Assembly (NCBI GenBank): GCA_051748125.1
Contig: JBNJHC010000008.1
Location: 43,975 to 107,974 of the forward strand
Direction: 5' to 3'
Source: Bacteroidota bacterium
GTDB taxonomy: Bacteria; Bacteroidota; Bacteroidia; Flavobacteriales; Flavobacteriaceae
Length of the DNA stretch: 64,000 nt
Shown: in pieces, positions 35,972 to 45,717 of the stretch
Position numbering within the stretch: position 1 is the stretch's first letter
Layout of the letters: each line of letters opens with the position of its first letter
Notes under the pieces: generated by a model
Databases searched by the model: none
What the model saw: the letters and a program-made list of their open reading frames with translations, nothing else
What the model was told of the DNA's origin: nothing
Translations under genes and position numbers: made by a program

Positions 35972-36784
35972 ATGAAAAATATAACTCCAATTTTTTTGAT
36001 TGGTGCTATGAAATCTGGCACTTCTAGTATTTATAAACATTTAGAACTTCATCCTGAAATATGTTTTTCTCCATTGAAAGAACCAGAATATTTTTCAGTT
36101 AAGATGGGGAAGGCTGTGTATAAGGAAGGTGATTTTTGGGATTTATTTGATTTGAAGCCTCAGCATAACTTTGTTTTTGATGGTTCTACAGGTTATACAA
36201 AATATCCTGCAGAGAATGGAGTTGCAAAGCGAATTTTTGAATATGGATTGAAACCTAAATTTATTTATATCGTCAGGAATCCTTATGATAGAATAGTGTC
36301 ACACTATAATTTTATGCAAAAAAACTTAAAATGGAACAATTCGATTACATCAAATCATTTAATTAATGTTTCAAATTATTACTTGCAGTTATGTGAGTAC
36401 GAGAAATATTTTAAAAGAGAAGACATTCTAGTTGTTGATTTTGATGATTTGAAAAGTGATTATAAGTCATTATTGAAGAGAATATATGATTTTATTGGTG
36501 TAAAAGAATATGTATTTGCAGACCAGAATATTAAAAACAATATAACCAAACCCGTAAATAGAAAAGAATTAAAATTGAAAAAGAAGCTTGGCGGTAAGTT
36601 TAATTTTATCCCAAAATCAATAAGAAAATTAGTAAAACAGCTCATAAGTAAATCAATGAGAAAAGATAAAAGAAAATTAACAGCAAATGAGAGAGAGTAC
36701 ATTTTTAGTAAATTAAACAATGATATGATTTTATTTCAAGAAAGTTATAGTTTTTCTGTTTCAAAATGGGGATTTGGTAAATAA
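35972..36784 (+). CDS. Sulfotransferase
   Basis: 5'-PSB loop FLIGAMKSGTSSIY and 3'-PB VRNPYDRIVSHY. Confidence 0.75.
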   Translation: MKNITPIFLIGAMKSGTSSIYKHLELHPEICFSPLKEPEYFSVKMGKAVYKEGDFWDLFDLKPQHNFVFDGSTGYTKYPAENGVAKRIFEYGLKPKFIYIVRNPYDRIVSHYNFMQKNLKWNNSITSNHLINVSNYYLQLCEYEKYFKREDILVVDFDDLKSDYKSLLKRIYDFIGVKEYVFADQNIKNNITKPVNRKELKLKKKLGGKFNFIPKSIRKLVKQLISKSMRKDKRKLTANEREYIFSKLNNDMILFQESYSFSVSKWGFGK

Positions 36785-36786
36785 AT

Positions 36787-37710
36787 ATGAAGAAATCTAA
36801 TCTTGTTTCAGTTATTATCCCGACTTACAATCGGGCGCATCTTATTGGTGAAACGCTGGATTCTGTTTTAGCGCAGACCTACCAAAATTGGGAGTGCATT
36901 ATTGTAGACGATGGCTCCACGGACAACACCGATGAAGTAGTAGGAGAATATGTCAAAAAAGACCCACGCTTTAAATATTACCACCGCCCAGATGAACATT
37001 TACCAGGCGGAAATGGAGCTAGGAACTACGGGTTTAAGATGAGCAAAGGCGAATATGTGAATTGGTTGGATAGTGATGATTTATTTTCAGAAAATAAAAT
37101 TGAAGAGCAGATTAAAATTGCTTTAAAAGAAAACGCTGATATTATAACATGCAAATGGGGAATGTTTTGCAATAGTAATAAAGAAGTATTTGAAAATTTA
37201 AAGGTTTACAAAAATTACACTAACTCCTTTCATTTTTTTGAAGATCTTTATGCTAATAAAGGATATTTTACACCTCATGTTTACTTAGTAAAATATGATT
37301 TTTTATCAAAAACAAATCAATTATGGCATGAGTCCCTTAGGATTAATCAAGATGGTGTTATGTTTACCCTGCTTATACAACAAGCGAAAAAAATATCTTA
37401 CTCTAAAAATGGTATTTGTTATTACAGGCAAACAAGGAGTGATTCTACAAGTTTATTAAATGATAAGAAAATATTTCAATTCATTTCAACAGTTAAGCTT
37501 ATTGAAGAAATGCACAAGATTGTATACAATGGTAGATTGCCCGAAACATTTAAAAATTATAAATGGAGATCATACCTTAGAATCCCAAGGGAATTTTATA
37601 AGGAATTAAAAACAGAATCTCATTTTTTCAGTGAAGAAATGAAAAGACAGCGTAAAAGTGAAACTTTAAAAAAGAAGCTAAAACTTTTTCTTAAACAAGT
37701 TTTGAGGTAA
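36787..37710 (+). CDS. Family 2 glycosyltransferase
   Basis: [41 protein letters not shown]. Confidence 0.85.
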   Translation: MKKSNLVSVIIPTYNRAHLIGETLDSVLAQTYQNWECIIVDDGSTDNTDEVVGEYVKKDPRFKYYHRPDEHLPGGNGARNYGFKMSKGEYVNWLDSDDLFSENKIEEQIKIALKENADIITCKWGMFCNSNKEVFENLKVYKNYTNSFHFFEDLYANKGYFTPHVYLVKYDFLSKTNQLWHESLRINQDGVMFTLLIQQAKKISYSKNGICYYRQTRSDSTSLLNDKKIFQFISTVKLIEEMHKIVYNGRLPETFKNYKWRSYLRIPREFYKELKTESHFFSEEMKRQRKSETLKKKLKLFLKQVLR

Positions 37711-38663
37711 TGGATGCAACTATAAATACCTATTTAATCTGTGCTTCGTACAACAACTTTAAAAAAGGTAGTCATATTATTAAGCAGTTTGTTAATTCAG
37801 ATAACAGTACAAGGTCACAATTACTTTTTGTAGAAAATGGATGTGAAGACAATTTTAAACGTTACAAAGAAGATTTTGGAAGCTTTGAAAAAATTTCTTT
37901 AGTATATTCTGAATCTCCTAACAAATCAAAATGTATTAATACGCTTATCGCTAATTATGTTAGTAAAGAAGAAGCGCTAATCATTTGTGTAGACGATGAT
38001 ATCGACTTCCCTGAAACATTTGTCAAACGATATCAAGAAGTTGCATTTGAAAAAGGTAACAAGTATTTTTTTGGTGGAGGCTATAGAGTTCCCAACGAAT
38101 TAATGAGTCTAGCTGACAAAGGGCATAAAAAGATGTATCAACCTTCACAGTTTTCAAAAACAGATGCTGCTTTTTTAAATGCTAAGCGTTTAATTTTTTT
38201 TGGATGTAATTTTTGTTTTTATAAATCACAATGGGTAGAGGTACGTGGGTATGATGTAAGGTTTGGCCCTGGAACTAAGCACAATTTAGGTGCTGATGAA
38301 TCTGTTTTTCAAAAAAAAATGATGTATGTAGGATTTAAGCCTTTTTTTGTTACCAATAATCAAGTAACGCATTATCCAGATGCCAAATCTTATCAATTGG
38401 AATCAGTACAAAAACGAAATATACATAATGGCTATACACATGGATTTAGTTTTTTGATTGAAAGCAAACAATTTTTCAAGATTGACTTTTTTCATCGCTT
38501 ATCAGGTATGGTCAAATCCCTAATTGAATACAAGTTAAAAAAACAAAAACAGAAATATGTTCAAAAAAAATATTACACAATTGGTCATTTTAAGGCTTTG
38601 GTTACTTTTTTGAGAATAGATAACAGAAAATCAATTTACCATAATTTAGAAAGAATTGAATAA
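37710..38663 (+). CDS. GT2-like glycosyltransferase
   Basis: CVDDDIDFP (DxD) and the segment FFGCNFCFYKSQWVEVRGYDVRFGPG, which resembles the C-terminal GT2/GalT region. Confidence 0.6.
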   Translation: MDATINTYLICASYNNFKKGSHIIKQFVNSDNSTRSQLLFVENGCEDNFKRYKEDFGSFEKISLVYSESPNKSKCINTLIANYVSKEEALIICVDDDIDFPETFVKRYQEVAFEKGNKYFFGGGYRVPNELMSLADKGHKKMYQPSQFSKTDAAFLNAKRLIFFGCNFCFYKSQWVEVRGYDVRFGPGTKHNLGADESVFQKKMMYVGFKPFFVTNNQVTHYPDAKSYQLESVQKRNIHNGYTHGFSFLIESKQFFKIDFFHRLSGMVKSLIEYKLKKQKQKYVQKKYYTIGHFKALVTFLRIDNRKSIYHNLERIE

Positions 38664-39891
38664 TAAAAAAAACATATTGCTTTTAATTGAAAGCATCAAC
38701 CCCAACGATTCTAGTGGGGTTAAAGGCAGGCTAGCTTTAATCAATAATTTAATTAAAATTGGGCATGAAGTTAAAGTCCTGCACTTAGATCAAAACTATA
38801 CCGAAACACCAAATTTCAATGCTGAAGTCATAGCGCGTTCTAAAAGTTCCAAATATTATTGGTTGAGCAAACTCAATACTTTTCTAAAAAAGTTTGGGAT
38901 TAAGCTCAATCAACGAGTAGAAGCTAAATTAGGCTTTTCATTTTCCCATTTTGAAGATGTTAATCGATTTAAAAAAGCACTACAACAAGAAAACCCTGAA
39001 GCTTATGATATTGTGCTTACTTGTAGCAAAGCAGCCAGTTTTAGGCCGCATAAAGCCGTATTAGAAAGTCCTCAATGGCATAGCAAATGGTACGCTTATA
39101 TTCATGACCCATATCCGATGTATGCTTATCCAAGACCATATGATTGGGCTGAGCCAGGATCTTTGCAAAAAAGAGCTTTCTTTTTAGAGGTGTATGCTAA
39201 GGCAACTAAACTAGTTTACCCAAGTCAGTTACTCGCCGAATGGATGGAGTCTTATTATCCTAACCATAATCAGAAGCGCTTAATTATACCACATCAAATT
39301 ACAGATCATTTAAAAGAGATTAAAACAAATGGTTCTATCTTACCTTCTTTTTTTGATTCAAAAAAGTTTAATTTATTACATGCAGGAAGTTTAATGAAGC
39401 AACGACCGCCATTTGTTCTGATGAAAGCTTTTACTAAGTTTTTAAATGATAACCCAAAGGCCAAACAAAATGCAGTTTTAATTTTTATCGGTAATTGTTT
39501 TGAAGGGCACAAAGCAGCCATGGAAAAGTTAATGCATGAAAATATTATTAAGCATAACACTTACCTAGATTTCAATACTGTTTTTAAACTGCAAAAGCTA
39601 GCAAGTGTTAATATTGTGATAGAAGCCGATACGTGGTTAAGTCCTTTTCTCCCTGGTAAAATACCGCATTTAGTAGTGGCTAATAAGCCCATTTTACATG
39701 TAGGGCCAACAACTAGTGAAACAATGCGTCTGCTAGGTAAAAACCATGAACTCCATACGCCAAATAATGAAAAAAATATTACAACTTTAGCTAAGAAAAT
39801 TGAGGCTATATATAAGCATTGGGAAATCGAACAAGACCTGACATTAAATCGAAAGGATTTGGAAATCTATTTAACTCATTTTAATTTGTAG
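38656..39891 (+). CDS. Hypothetical protein, possible GT-B-fold glycosyltransferase
   Basis: 411 aa embedded among GT genes. The N-terminus (NILLLIESINPNDSSGVKGRLALINNLIKIGHEV) resembles GT-B N-domains. TTG start overlaps the upstream stop. Confidence 0.4.
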   Translation: MNNKKNILLLIESINPNDSSGVKGRLALINNLIKIGHEVKVLHLDQNYTETPNFNAEVIARSKSSKYYWLSKLNTFLKKFGIKLNQRVEAKLGFSFSHFEDVNRFKKALQQENPEAYDIVLTCSKAASFRPHKAVLESPQWHSKWYAYIHDPYPMYAYPRPYDWAEPGSLQKRAFFLEVYAKATKLVYPSQLLAEWMESYYPNHNQKRLIIPHQITDHLKEIKTNGSILPSFFDSKKFNLLHAGSLMKQRPPFVLMKAFTKFLNDNPKAKQNAVLIFIGNCFEGHKAAMEKLMHENIIKHNTYLDFNTVFKLQKLASVNIVIEADTWLSPFLPGKIPHLVVANKPILHVGPTTSETMRLLGKNHELHTPNNEKNITTLAKKIEAIYKHWEIEQDLTLNRKDLEIYLTHFNL

Positions 39892-39966
39892 TGATATAGA
39901 ATTAATACTAAATACTTTAAAATAATTGCTTGAAAAAAAGATGAATTTTTATTAAAAAATTGAAGT

Positions 39967-41064
39967 TTGAAAATTAGCATTTTATACGCTTATCGTAATA
40001 GAGAAAAACAACGGATTAAAAATTCGTTGAAGTCACTTGCAAACCAAAATGAAAGTAACTTTGAAGTGGTTTTTGTGGACTACGGTAGTAGTGATGCCTT
40101 TGCATCTCGTATTCAAAAGGTAGTTGAAGGCTTTTCATTTGCATCCTATCATTACATTGCACACCCAGGCTTGTTATGGAATAAAAGCAAAGCCCTTAAT
40201 TATGCCGCTTCAAAAGCCAAAGGAGAATTTGTTTTTGTAGCTGATGTCGATATTTGTTTTGATACAAATGCAATAAGAACATTTTTGAGCTTAGCAAACA
40301 CAAGTCAATTTTGTTTATTCAAGCTCTCCTACTTAAAGCAAGAAGTTACTCAACCACAAATTGCTACAGGAAAATTTACTGAAAATCAAATCAAGCATCA
40401 TGGCTATATCAATGGGATGATTTTAGTAAGTAAACCCAACTTCTTTTCAATAGAAGGCTATGACGAGTTCTATCACTTTTACGGATCAGAGGATGTTGAT
40501 TTATACGAACGATTTAAAAACAGCGGATTGAAAGAATATAAAAATTCAGAGACCTTGTTCTTTCATCAATGGCATCCCATTTATAATTCAATTAATGATT
40601 CAGTAATGGAAGTAACGCCTCGTTTTTTCAATATTAAAAAAATCAATCAACAACATTTTTTCTTTCAGCAAAAACAAAAAGCGGTAAAGCCTATTTTACA
40701 TCAAAAACTAAATCAATATATCCTAAAAAAAGAAGATCAACTTTGCAAGAATGATGCAACAAAAAGCATAGAAATCACCAACGACCATGCAAAAGTCTGG
40801 CATTTAATTAAAGTTGTGCTTCCTAGCCTTGAGGGGAATATTGTGCACATAAGAATTAAAGAAGACGAATATTTTTCTTCCTTGAAGTATCGCCTAAAAA
40901 AGCAATTAAAAAAATCAGATCGTGTTCCTATGTCAATGAAAGCGGTAAATGATTTAATCCTTGAAGAAATCCTATTGAAGTACAGACATCATAATTACAC
41001 CTTTAAAATAGGGAAAGATTTAAAATCAATTACATTTATAATTCAATTGGAACAATGTCTTTAA
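39967..41064 (+). CDS. Family 2 glycosyltransferase
   Basis: ISILYAYRNREKQRIKNSLKSLANQ, VFVDYGSSD, ADVD, GSEDVDLYERF. The listed start is TTG. Confidence 0.7.
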   Translation: MKISILYAYRNREKQRIKNSLKSLANQNESNFEVVFVDYGSSDAFASRIQKVVEGFSFASYHYIAHPGLLWNKSKALNYAASKAKGEFVFVADVDICFDTNAIRTFLSLANTSQFCLFKLSYLKQEVTQPQIATGKFTENQIKHHGYINGMILVSKPNFFSIEGYDEFYHFYGSEDVDLYERFKNSGLKEYKNSETLFFHQWHPIYNSINDSVMEVTPRFFNIKKINQQHFFFQQKQKAVKPILHQKLNQYILKKEDQLCKNDATKSIEITNDHAKVWHLIKVVLPSLEGNIVHIRIKEDEYFSSLKYRLKKQLKKSDRVPMSMKAVNDLILEEILLKYRHHNYTFKIGKDLKSITFIIQLEQCL

Positions 41065-41960
41065 GAAGGGTTCAAAAAAAAATAGAACGTCAATTTTTCA
41101 ATTGGAAAATTGAATTAATACCAGAACAAAACATCTTGTTTTTTGGAGATCCTCGTGGCGGAACAACTTGGATGGGAGAGACCTTGTCAAAATTATTTCA
41201 GTTACCCATTTTGTGGGAGCCTATGTTGCCAAGAAAAGATTCACGCTTTGCAAAGCATCAGTTTGCATCCCGTCAATTTTTACCAGACGATTTACAAGAT
41301 GCTTCTATAAAATCATCATTTGAGGATTTATTTAGGGGGAAGCATATTGATCATTGGGAAATTCAACACACGACGGCAAGTGATTTAGCAAAAGCAAAAG
41401 CAGCGATTATTAAGTTTACTCGCGGCAATATGTTATTACCCTACTTAACAGCCAATTTTCACTTTCAAAAAAAACCAATTTATATGTTACGTAATCCCTT
41501 TGCAGTGGTTGCATCGCAATTAAAACATGCAGGTTGGAAAGACGCAAAACCTTTTTTTGAAATTCCTAAGTCTTCACATAACCATGTGTACCTAGCACAC
41601 GAAGATTTTTTAAAGAAACTCAATACACTAGAAGAAGTGCAAATAGCTAAATGGGCATTGACCAACCAGCAAGTAGTCTCTCATCCAAGACATGACAAGG
41701 ATTGGATATATATTACGTACGAAGAAACCTTGCTTCAACCTGAAAAGACCTTGACCAAAATTTTAAATAGATGGGGCTCTAAAGACGTGCATCTGTCTAC
41801 TATAGATTTTGATAAAAAAAGCAGAACAAGCGCAGATAACATCATAAAAACCAAAGAAGAACAACTAAATCATTGGCGAAAATCATTTTCAAGTCAACAA
41901 ATGAATAAGATGAAGAATGTTTTAGATTATTTTGAAATGTCTTATGAAAACATCAATTAA
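41055..41960 (+). CDS. Putative sulfotransferase
   Basis: FFGDPRGGTTWMGE (5'-PSB-like) and LRNPFAVVASQ (3'-PB-like). Confidence 0.65.
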   Translation: MSLRRVQKKIERQFFNWKIELIPEQNILFFGDPRGGTTWMGETLSKLFQLPILWEPMLPRKDSRFAKHQFASRQFLPDDLQDASIKSSFEDLFRGKHIDHWEIQHTTASDLAKAKAAIIKFTRGNMLLPYLTANFHFQKKPIYMLRNPFAVVASQLKHAGWKDAKPFFEIPKSSHNHVYLAHEDFLKKLNTLEEVQIAKWALTNQQVVSHPRHDKDWIYITYEETLLQPEKTLTKILNRWGSKDVHLSTIDFDKKSRTSADNIIKTKEEQLNHWRKSFSSQQMNKMKNVLDYFEMSYENIN

Positions 41961-41966
41961 TTTAGC

Positions 41967-42050
41967 ATGCAAAAAAGAAAAATCTGCGTAGTAGTAACCG
42001 CACGCACTTCCTATTCCAGAATAAAAAACGCTTTAAAGATTGATTACTAG
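41967..42050 (+). pseudogene. 5' stub of neuC (duplicate of the start of 43928-45088)
   Basis: 41967-42037 matches 43928-43998 with 5 mismatches in 71 bp by eye (MQKRKICVVVTAR.SYSRIK..). The stub ends in TAG after 27 codons. Confidence 0.8.
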
Positions 42051-42079
42051 ATTAAATTAAAATTAACTTAAATTGTAAT

Positions 42080-43009
42080 ATGGCAAACCCAACTTTTATA
42101 ATTGGCGGAGAAAGACGCTCTGGTTCAACCACATTATATGAGCTTACAAATAATCATCCCGAAATTGATATGTTTCATTATAGTGACATGGATTTTTTTA
42201 TAGAATCTAATCTTTTTAGTAGGTCAGCTATAAAAAATAATGAAATTAAGCAATGGAATGGGCAATCTAAAATAGAAAATTATAAAGCTAATTTTATTAA
42301 TGAAAACAAAATTACAGGTCAAAAAGACGCTGATTTACTGTGGTGGAAGCCTTCACACAAAAGATTAGCTGAATTTTTGCCTTCTACTAAGTTTGTTTTT
42401 GTTTTAAGAAATCCTGTAGATAGAGCGCTAAGTCAATATTGGAATGAATTTAGAAAAGGTAGAGAAACAAGAAGTTTTGAAGAAGCTTTAAGATATGAAG
42501 AAAATCATGAAATGTCTGAATGGGAGAAACTCCATCTTCAATATAAAAAAAGAGGTTGTTATGCTGAATCTTTAAAGCATTTCTTGACTTACATAGATAG
42601 TAAAAAGTGTCATGTTATTGTTCTTGAAAAACTAAAGGATAACAAGGATGCAGAGTTGAAAAAGCTAGGTGATTTTTTAGGAGTCAACCCAATTGATTTT
42701 AAAATAAATACAGATAATAAAGTTAATAGAGAAGAAGCTCTTATTATAAATCCTGCAATCAGATCAAAATATTTGGTTAAACTAATTATACTTTATGATA
42801 AGGTTGTAAATAAAATCATAGTTAAATATACCAGTGATAGCAAGAAAAGAACTAAACTAAGATCTAAATTCATGCAAGTGGGTAAAAAATCTGCTAGAGA
42901 AGTTACAAAAATAAATGCCAATTTAATTAAAGGATTGAAAGAATTTTATAAGCCTTATAATATTGAATTAGAAAAGTTAATTAAACAAAATTTAAGTGAA
43001 TGGGACTAA
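42080..43009 (+). CDS. Sulfotransferase
   Basis: FIIGGERRSGSTTLYE and LRNPVDRALSQYWNE motifs. Confidence 0.8.
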   Translation: MANPTFIIGGERRSGSTTLYELTNNHPEIDMFHYSDMDFFIESNLFSRSAIKNNEIKQWNGQSKIENYKANFINENKITGQKDADLLWWKPSHKRLAEFLPSTKFVFVLRNPVDRALSQYWNEFRKGRETRSFEEALRYEENHEMSEWEKLHLQYKKRGCYAESLKHFLTYIDSKKCHVIVLEKLKDNKDAELKKLGDFLGVNPIDFKINTDNKVNREEALIINPAIRSKYLVKLIILYDKVVNKIIVKYTSDSKKRTKLRSKFMQVGKKSAREVTKINANLIKGLKEFYKPYNIELEKLIKQNLSEWD

Positions 43010-43917
43010 GAACAATTAAGACATATTTGAAGCAAAAAATTTTATCGGTGAAGCCTAATTCACAATATAATTTTTTGATTAAGAAATTAGAAAAAACCTT
43101 AGATTTAGATTTAGCCATCAAAGTTATGGCTACAGATTATTATAAAGAAAATCTTGTCATACAGGAAGTAAATCTTAATCAATTTGATAAAGTTACAGTT
43201 ATTGCTCCACATCAGGATGACGAAGTTATTGGTTGTGGTGGGTTATTGTCGGCATTAAAAAATCAAAATAAAAAGATAGATTTAATTTTCTTAACTGATG
43301 GTCGGCCTTCAACAAAGGAATATCAATCAATGGTCAATACAAGAAATAAAGAGGCATTAGAAGTTGGTGGAAAATTGGGAGCTGATGTCTATTTTATTGA
43401 TGTAGATAATGTAAGTTTAGATTTTAAAGAAGAGCATTTTGCTAAACTTAAAAATATATTAGATATAAATAATTCGACAATTTTTATGCCTTGGGCACTT
43501 GATGCGCCACCAAAACACAGACTATGTAATGCTTTTATAAATGAATTTTTTAAAAAAGTAAAACTTCCAAATTATAAGCAATTATTTAATTACCAAGTAC
43601 ATACTTCCTTAGTTCCAAATTTATATTTTGATTACACTTCTATTAAAGACGAAAAAAAATATTTAATAGATATATATAAATCTCAACTAGAATATCAAAA
43701 TTATAAACATTTAAGTCTTTCTTTGGACGGTTGGAATTCAAGATTACTCGGTTGGAGTAAGCAACCTAAATTCATAGAGGTTTTTCAGCAAATACCTTTT
43801 ATAGAATGGAATAAGTGGATAGAAATGTATAAGGTTGATGTTCAAGCAACATTCAAAGGAGACCCAAATTGTATTAAATCTTTTAATGATTTAATGAATT
43901 TATCTAAATCCTTGTAA
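43000..43917 (+). CDS. PIG-L/LmbE-family deacetylase
   Basis: VIAPHQDDEVIGCGG signature plus a downstream LTDG motif. Confidence 0.75.
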   Translation: MGLRTIKTYLKQKILSVKPNSQYNFLIKKLEKTLDLDLAIKVMATDYYKENLVIQEVNLNQFDKVTVIAPHQDDEVIGCGGLLSALKNQNKKIDLIFLTDGRPSTKEYQSMVNTRNKEALEVGGKLGADVYFIDVDNVSLDFKEEHFAKLKNILDINNSTIFMPWALDAPPKHRLCNAFINEFFKKVKLPNYKQLFNYQVHTSLVPNLYFDYTSIKDEKKYLIDIYKSQLEYQNYKHLSLSLDGWNSRLLGWSKQPKFIEVFQQIPFIEWNKWIEMYKVDVQATFKGDPNCIKSFNDLMNLSKSL

Positions 43918-43927
43918 TTAATCTATC

Positions 43928-45088
43928 ATGCAAAAAAGAAAAATCTGCGTCGTTGTAACCGCTCGCCCTTCCTATTCCAGAATAAAAACCGCTTTAAAAG
44001 CCATTAAAAAGCATCCTGATTTAGAATTGCAATTGGTGGTGGCGGCTTCGGCTTTATTAGAACGCTACGGAACGGCGGTTAATTATATCAAAGCCGATGG
44101 CTTTAACATAGATGCCAAAGTTTTCAACGTCTTAGAAGGCGAAAACCTCACTGCTGCTGCCAAAACCACAGGCATTGGTATTTTAGAGTTGTCTAGTGTG
44201 TTTGAAAACTTGCAACCTGACATTGTGGTTACCGTAGCCGATCGATTTGAAACCATGGCAACGGCTATTGCGGCTTCCTACATGAATATTCCTTTAGCCC
44301 ATATACAAGGTGGTGAAGTCACGGGCAATATCGATGAAAAGGTAAGGCATAGTATTACCAAGTTAGCCGATTATCATTTAGTCGCTTCAAAAGATGCCCA
44401 AGAACGCGTTTTAAAATTAGGCGAAGAACCTTGTTCAGTATTTAATACGGGTTGTCCATCCATCGATTTAGCCAAAGAAGTTCAGGGACTCAAACAACTG
44501 AGTTTTGATCCCTACAAAACATATGGCGGTGTAGGAGCTCAACCTGATCTAAGCAACGGCTATTGGGTAGTCATGCAACATCCAGTTACTAACGAATATC
44601 AAAATTCTCGTAAGCATGTAGAAACTACTTTAGAAGCCATTCGCCAACAAACAGCTTTTCCGGTGTTGTGGTTTTGGCCCAATGTAGATGCAGGTTCAGA
44701 TGGTACATCTACGGGTATTCGCGCTTTTAGAGAAAAATACGATGTAGAACACGTACATTTCTTTAAAAACATGCAAGGCAATGATTTCCTTAATTTGCTA
44801 GATCAAGCCATAGGTTTAATCGGGAATTCATCGGTAGGAATTCGAGAATGCGCCTATTTGGGCGTTCCGGTGATTAATATCGGTAGTCGACAAAACCGTC
44901 GCCAACGGGGTAATAATGTTATGGATGTCAATTACAGTACGCAAGAAATCACCCAAGCCATGAGCCAAATCCAATCCAACCCAAGACCCACACCAGCCAT
45001 TATTTACGGTGAAGGCGATGCAGGAGAAAAGATAGCTGCTGTTTTAGCAAAGGTTGAATTGAAGTTTCATAAGACGATTGTTTATTAG
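43928..45088 (+). CDS. neuC: UDP-N-acetylglucosamine 2-epimerase (hydrolysing), NeuC type
   Basis: KICVVVTARPSYSRIK, DRFE, HIQGGEVTGNIDEKVRHSITKLA. 386 aa. Confidence 0.9.
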   Translation: MQKRKICVVVTARPSYSRIKTALKAIKKHPDLELQLVVAASALLERYGTAVNYIKADGFNIDAKVFNVLEGENLTAAAKTTGIGILELSSVFENLQPDIVVTVADRFETMATAIAASYMNIPLAHIQGGEVTGNIDEKVRHSITKLADYHLVASKDAQERVLKLGEEPCSVFNTGCPSIDLAKEVQGLKQLSFDPYKTYGGVGAQPDLSNGYWVVMQHPVTNEYQNSRKHVETTLEAIRQQTAFPVLWFWPNVDAGSDGTSTGIRAFREKYDVEHVHFFKNMQGNDFLNLLDQAIGLIGNSSVGIRECAYLGVPVINIGSRQNRRQRGNNVMDVNYSTQEITQAMSQIQSNPRPTPAIIYGEGDAGEKIAAVLAKVELKFHKTIVY

Positions 45089-45094
45089 TAATTT

Positions 45095-45190
45095 AGTCTT
45101 CAGTCTTCAGTCGTCAGTCGTCAGTTGTCTGTAGACAGTAGACTAAAGACCGAAGACAGTAGAAAGTAGACAGTAAACCAAAGACAGAAT
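45095..45190. repeat. Period-7 word array that switches strand sense (CAGTCKT x5, then CAGTAGA/CGAAGAC type)
   Basis: tagtctt cagtctt cagtcgt cagtcgt cagttgt | ctgtaga cagtaga ctaaaga ccgaaga cagtaga .. read directly. The two halves are partly self-complementary. Confidence 0.9.
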
Positions 45191-45211
45191 ATAATAGACC
45201 AAATAAAAAAA

Positions 45212-45556
45212 ATGGATTACAAGAAGTTGAATGTTTGGAAAGAATCAATTGAATTAGTTAAGCAGGTTTATGTAGTAACGGCAAATTTTCCAAAAGAAGA
45301 GAAATATGGATTGATAAGTCAATTAAGACGTGCATCTGTTTCAATTCCATCTAATATAGCTGAAGGTAATAGTCGGAGCTCAGACAGAGATTATAAAAGA
45401 TTTGTCGAAATAGCGTACGGTTCTGCATTAGAACTAGAAACTCAATTAATAATATCTGTTGAATTAAAGTTTATTGATGAAAATAATGAGATTTTTAGTC
45501 AACTAGAACAAGTCAAAAAACTTTTATCAGGGTTTATGAAATATCTCAAGAAATAA
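45212..45556 (+). CDS. Four-helix-bundle protein (23S rRNA intervening-sequence protein / Avd family, PF05635-like)
   Basis: MDYKKLNVWKESIELVKQVY..FPKEEKYGLISQLRRASVSIPSNIAEGNSR..A.GSALELETQL is the family signature. Confidence 0.85.
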   Translation: MDYKKLNVWKESIELVKQVYVVTANFPKEEKYGLISQLRRASVSIPSNIAEGNSRSSDRDYKRFVEIAYGSALELETQLIISVELKFIDENNEIFSQLEQVKKLLSGFMKYLKK

Positions 45557-45570
45557 GTTTAAAATTGATA

Positions 45571-45710
45571 GTCCACAGTCCACAGTCCACAGTTGACTGT
45601 CGACTGTAGACCGAAGACAATCGACCGAAGACAGAAGACAGAAGACAATAGACCGAAGACCGAAGACAGAAGACAATAGACAGTAGACAGTAGACAGAAG
45701 ACAGAAGACA
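45571..45710. repeat. Period-7 word array (20 units, GTCCACA then GWAGACA type)
   Basis: gtccaca x3, gttgact, gtcgact, gtagacc, gaagaca, atcgacc, gaagaca x3 .. Exactly 140 bp in register. Ends 7 bp before neuA. Confidence 0.95.
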
Positions 45711-45717
45711 CTAAATA

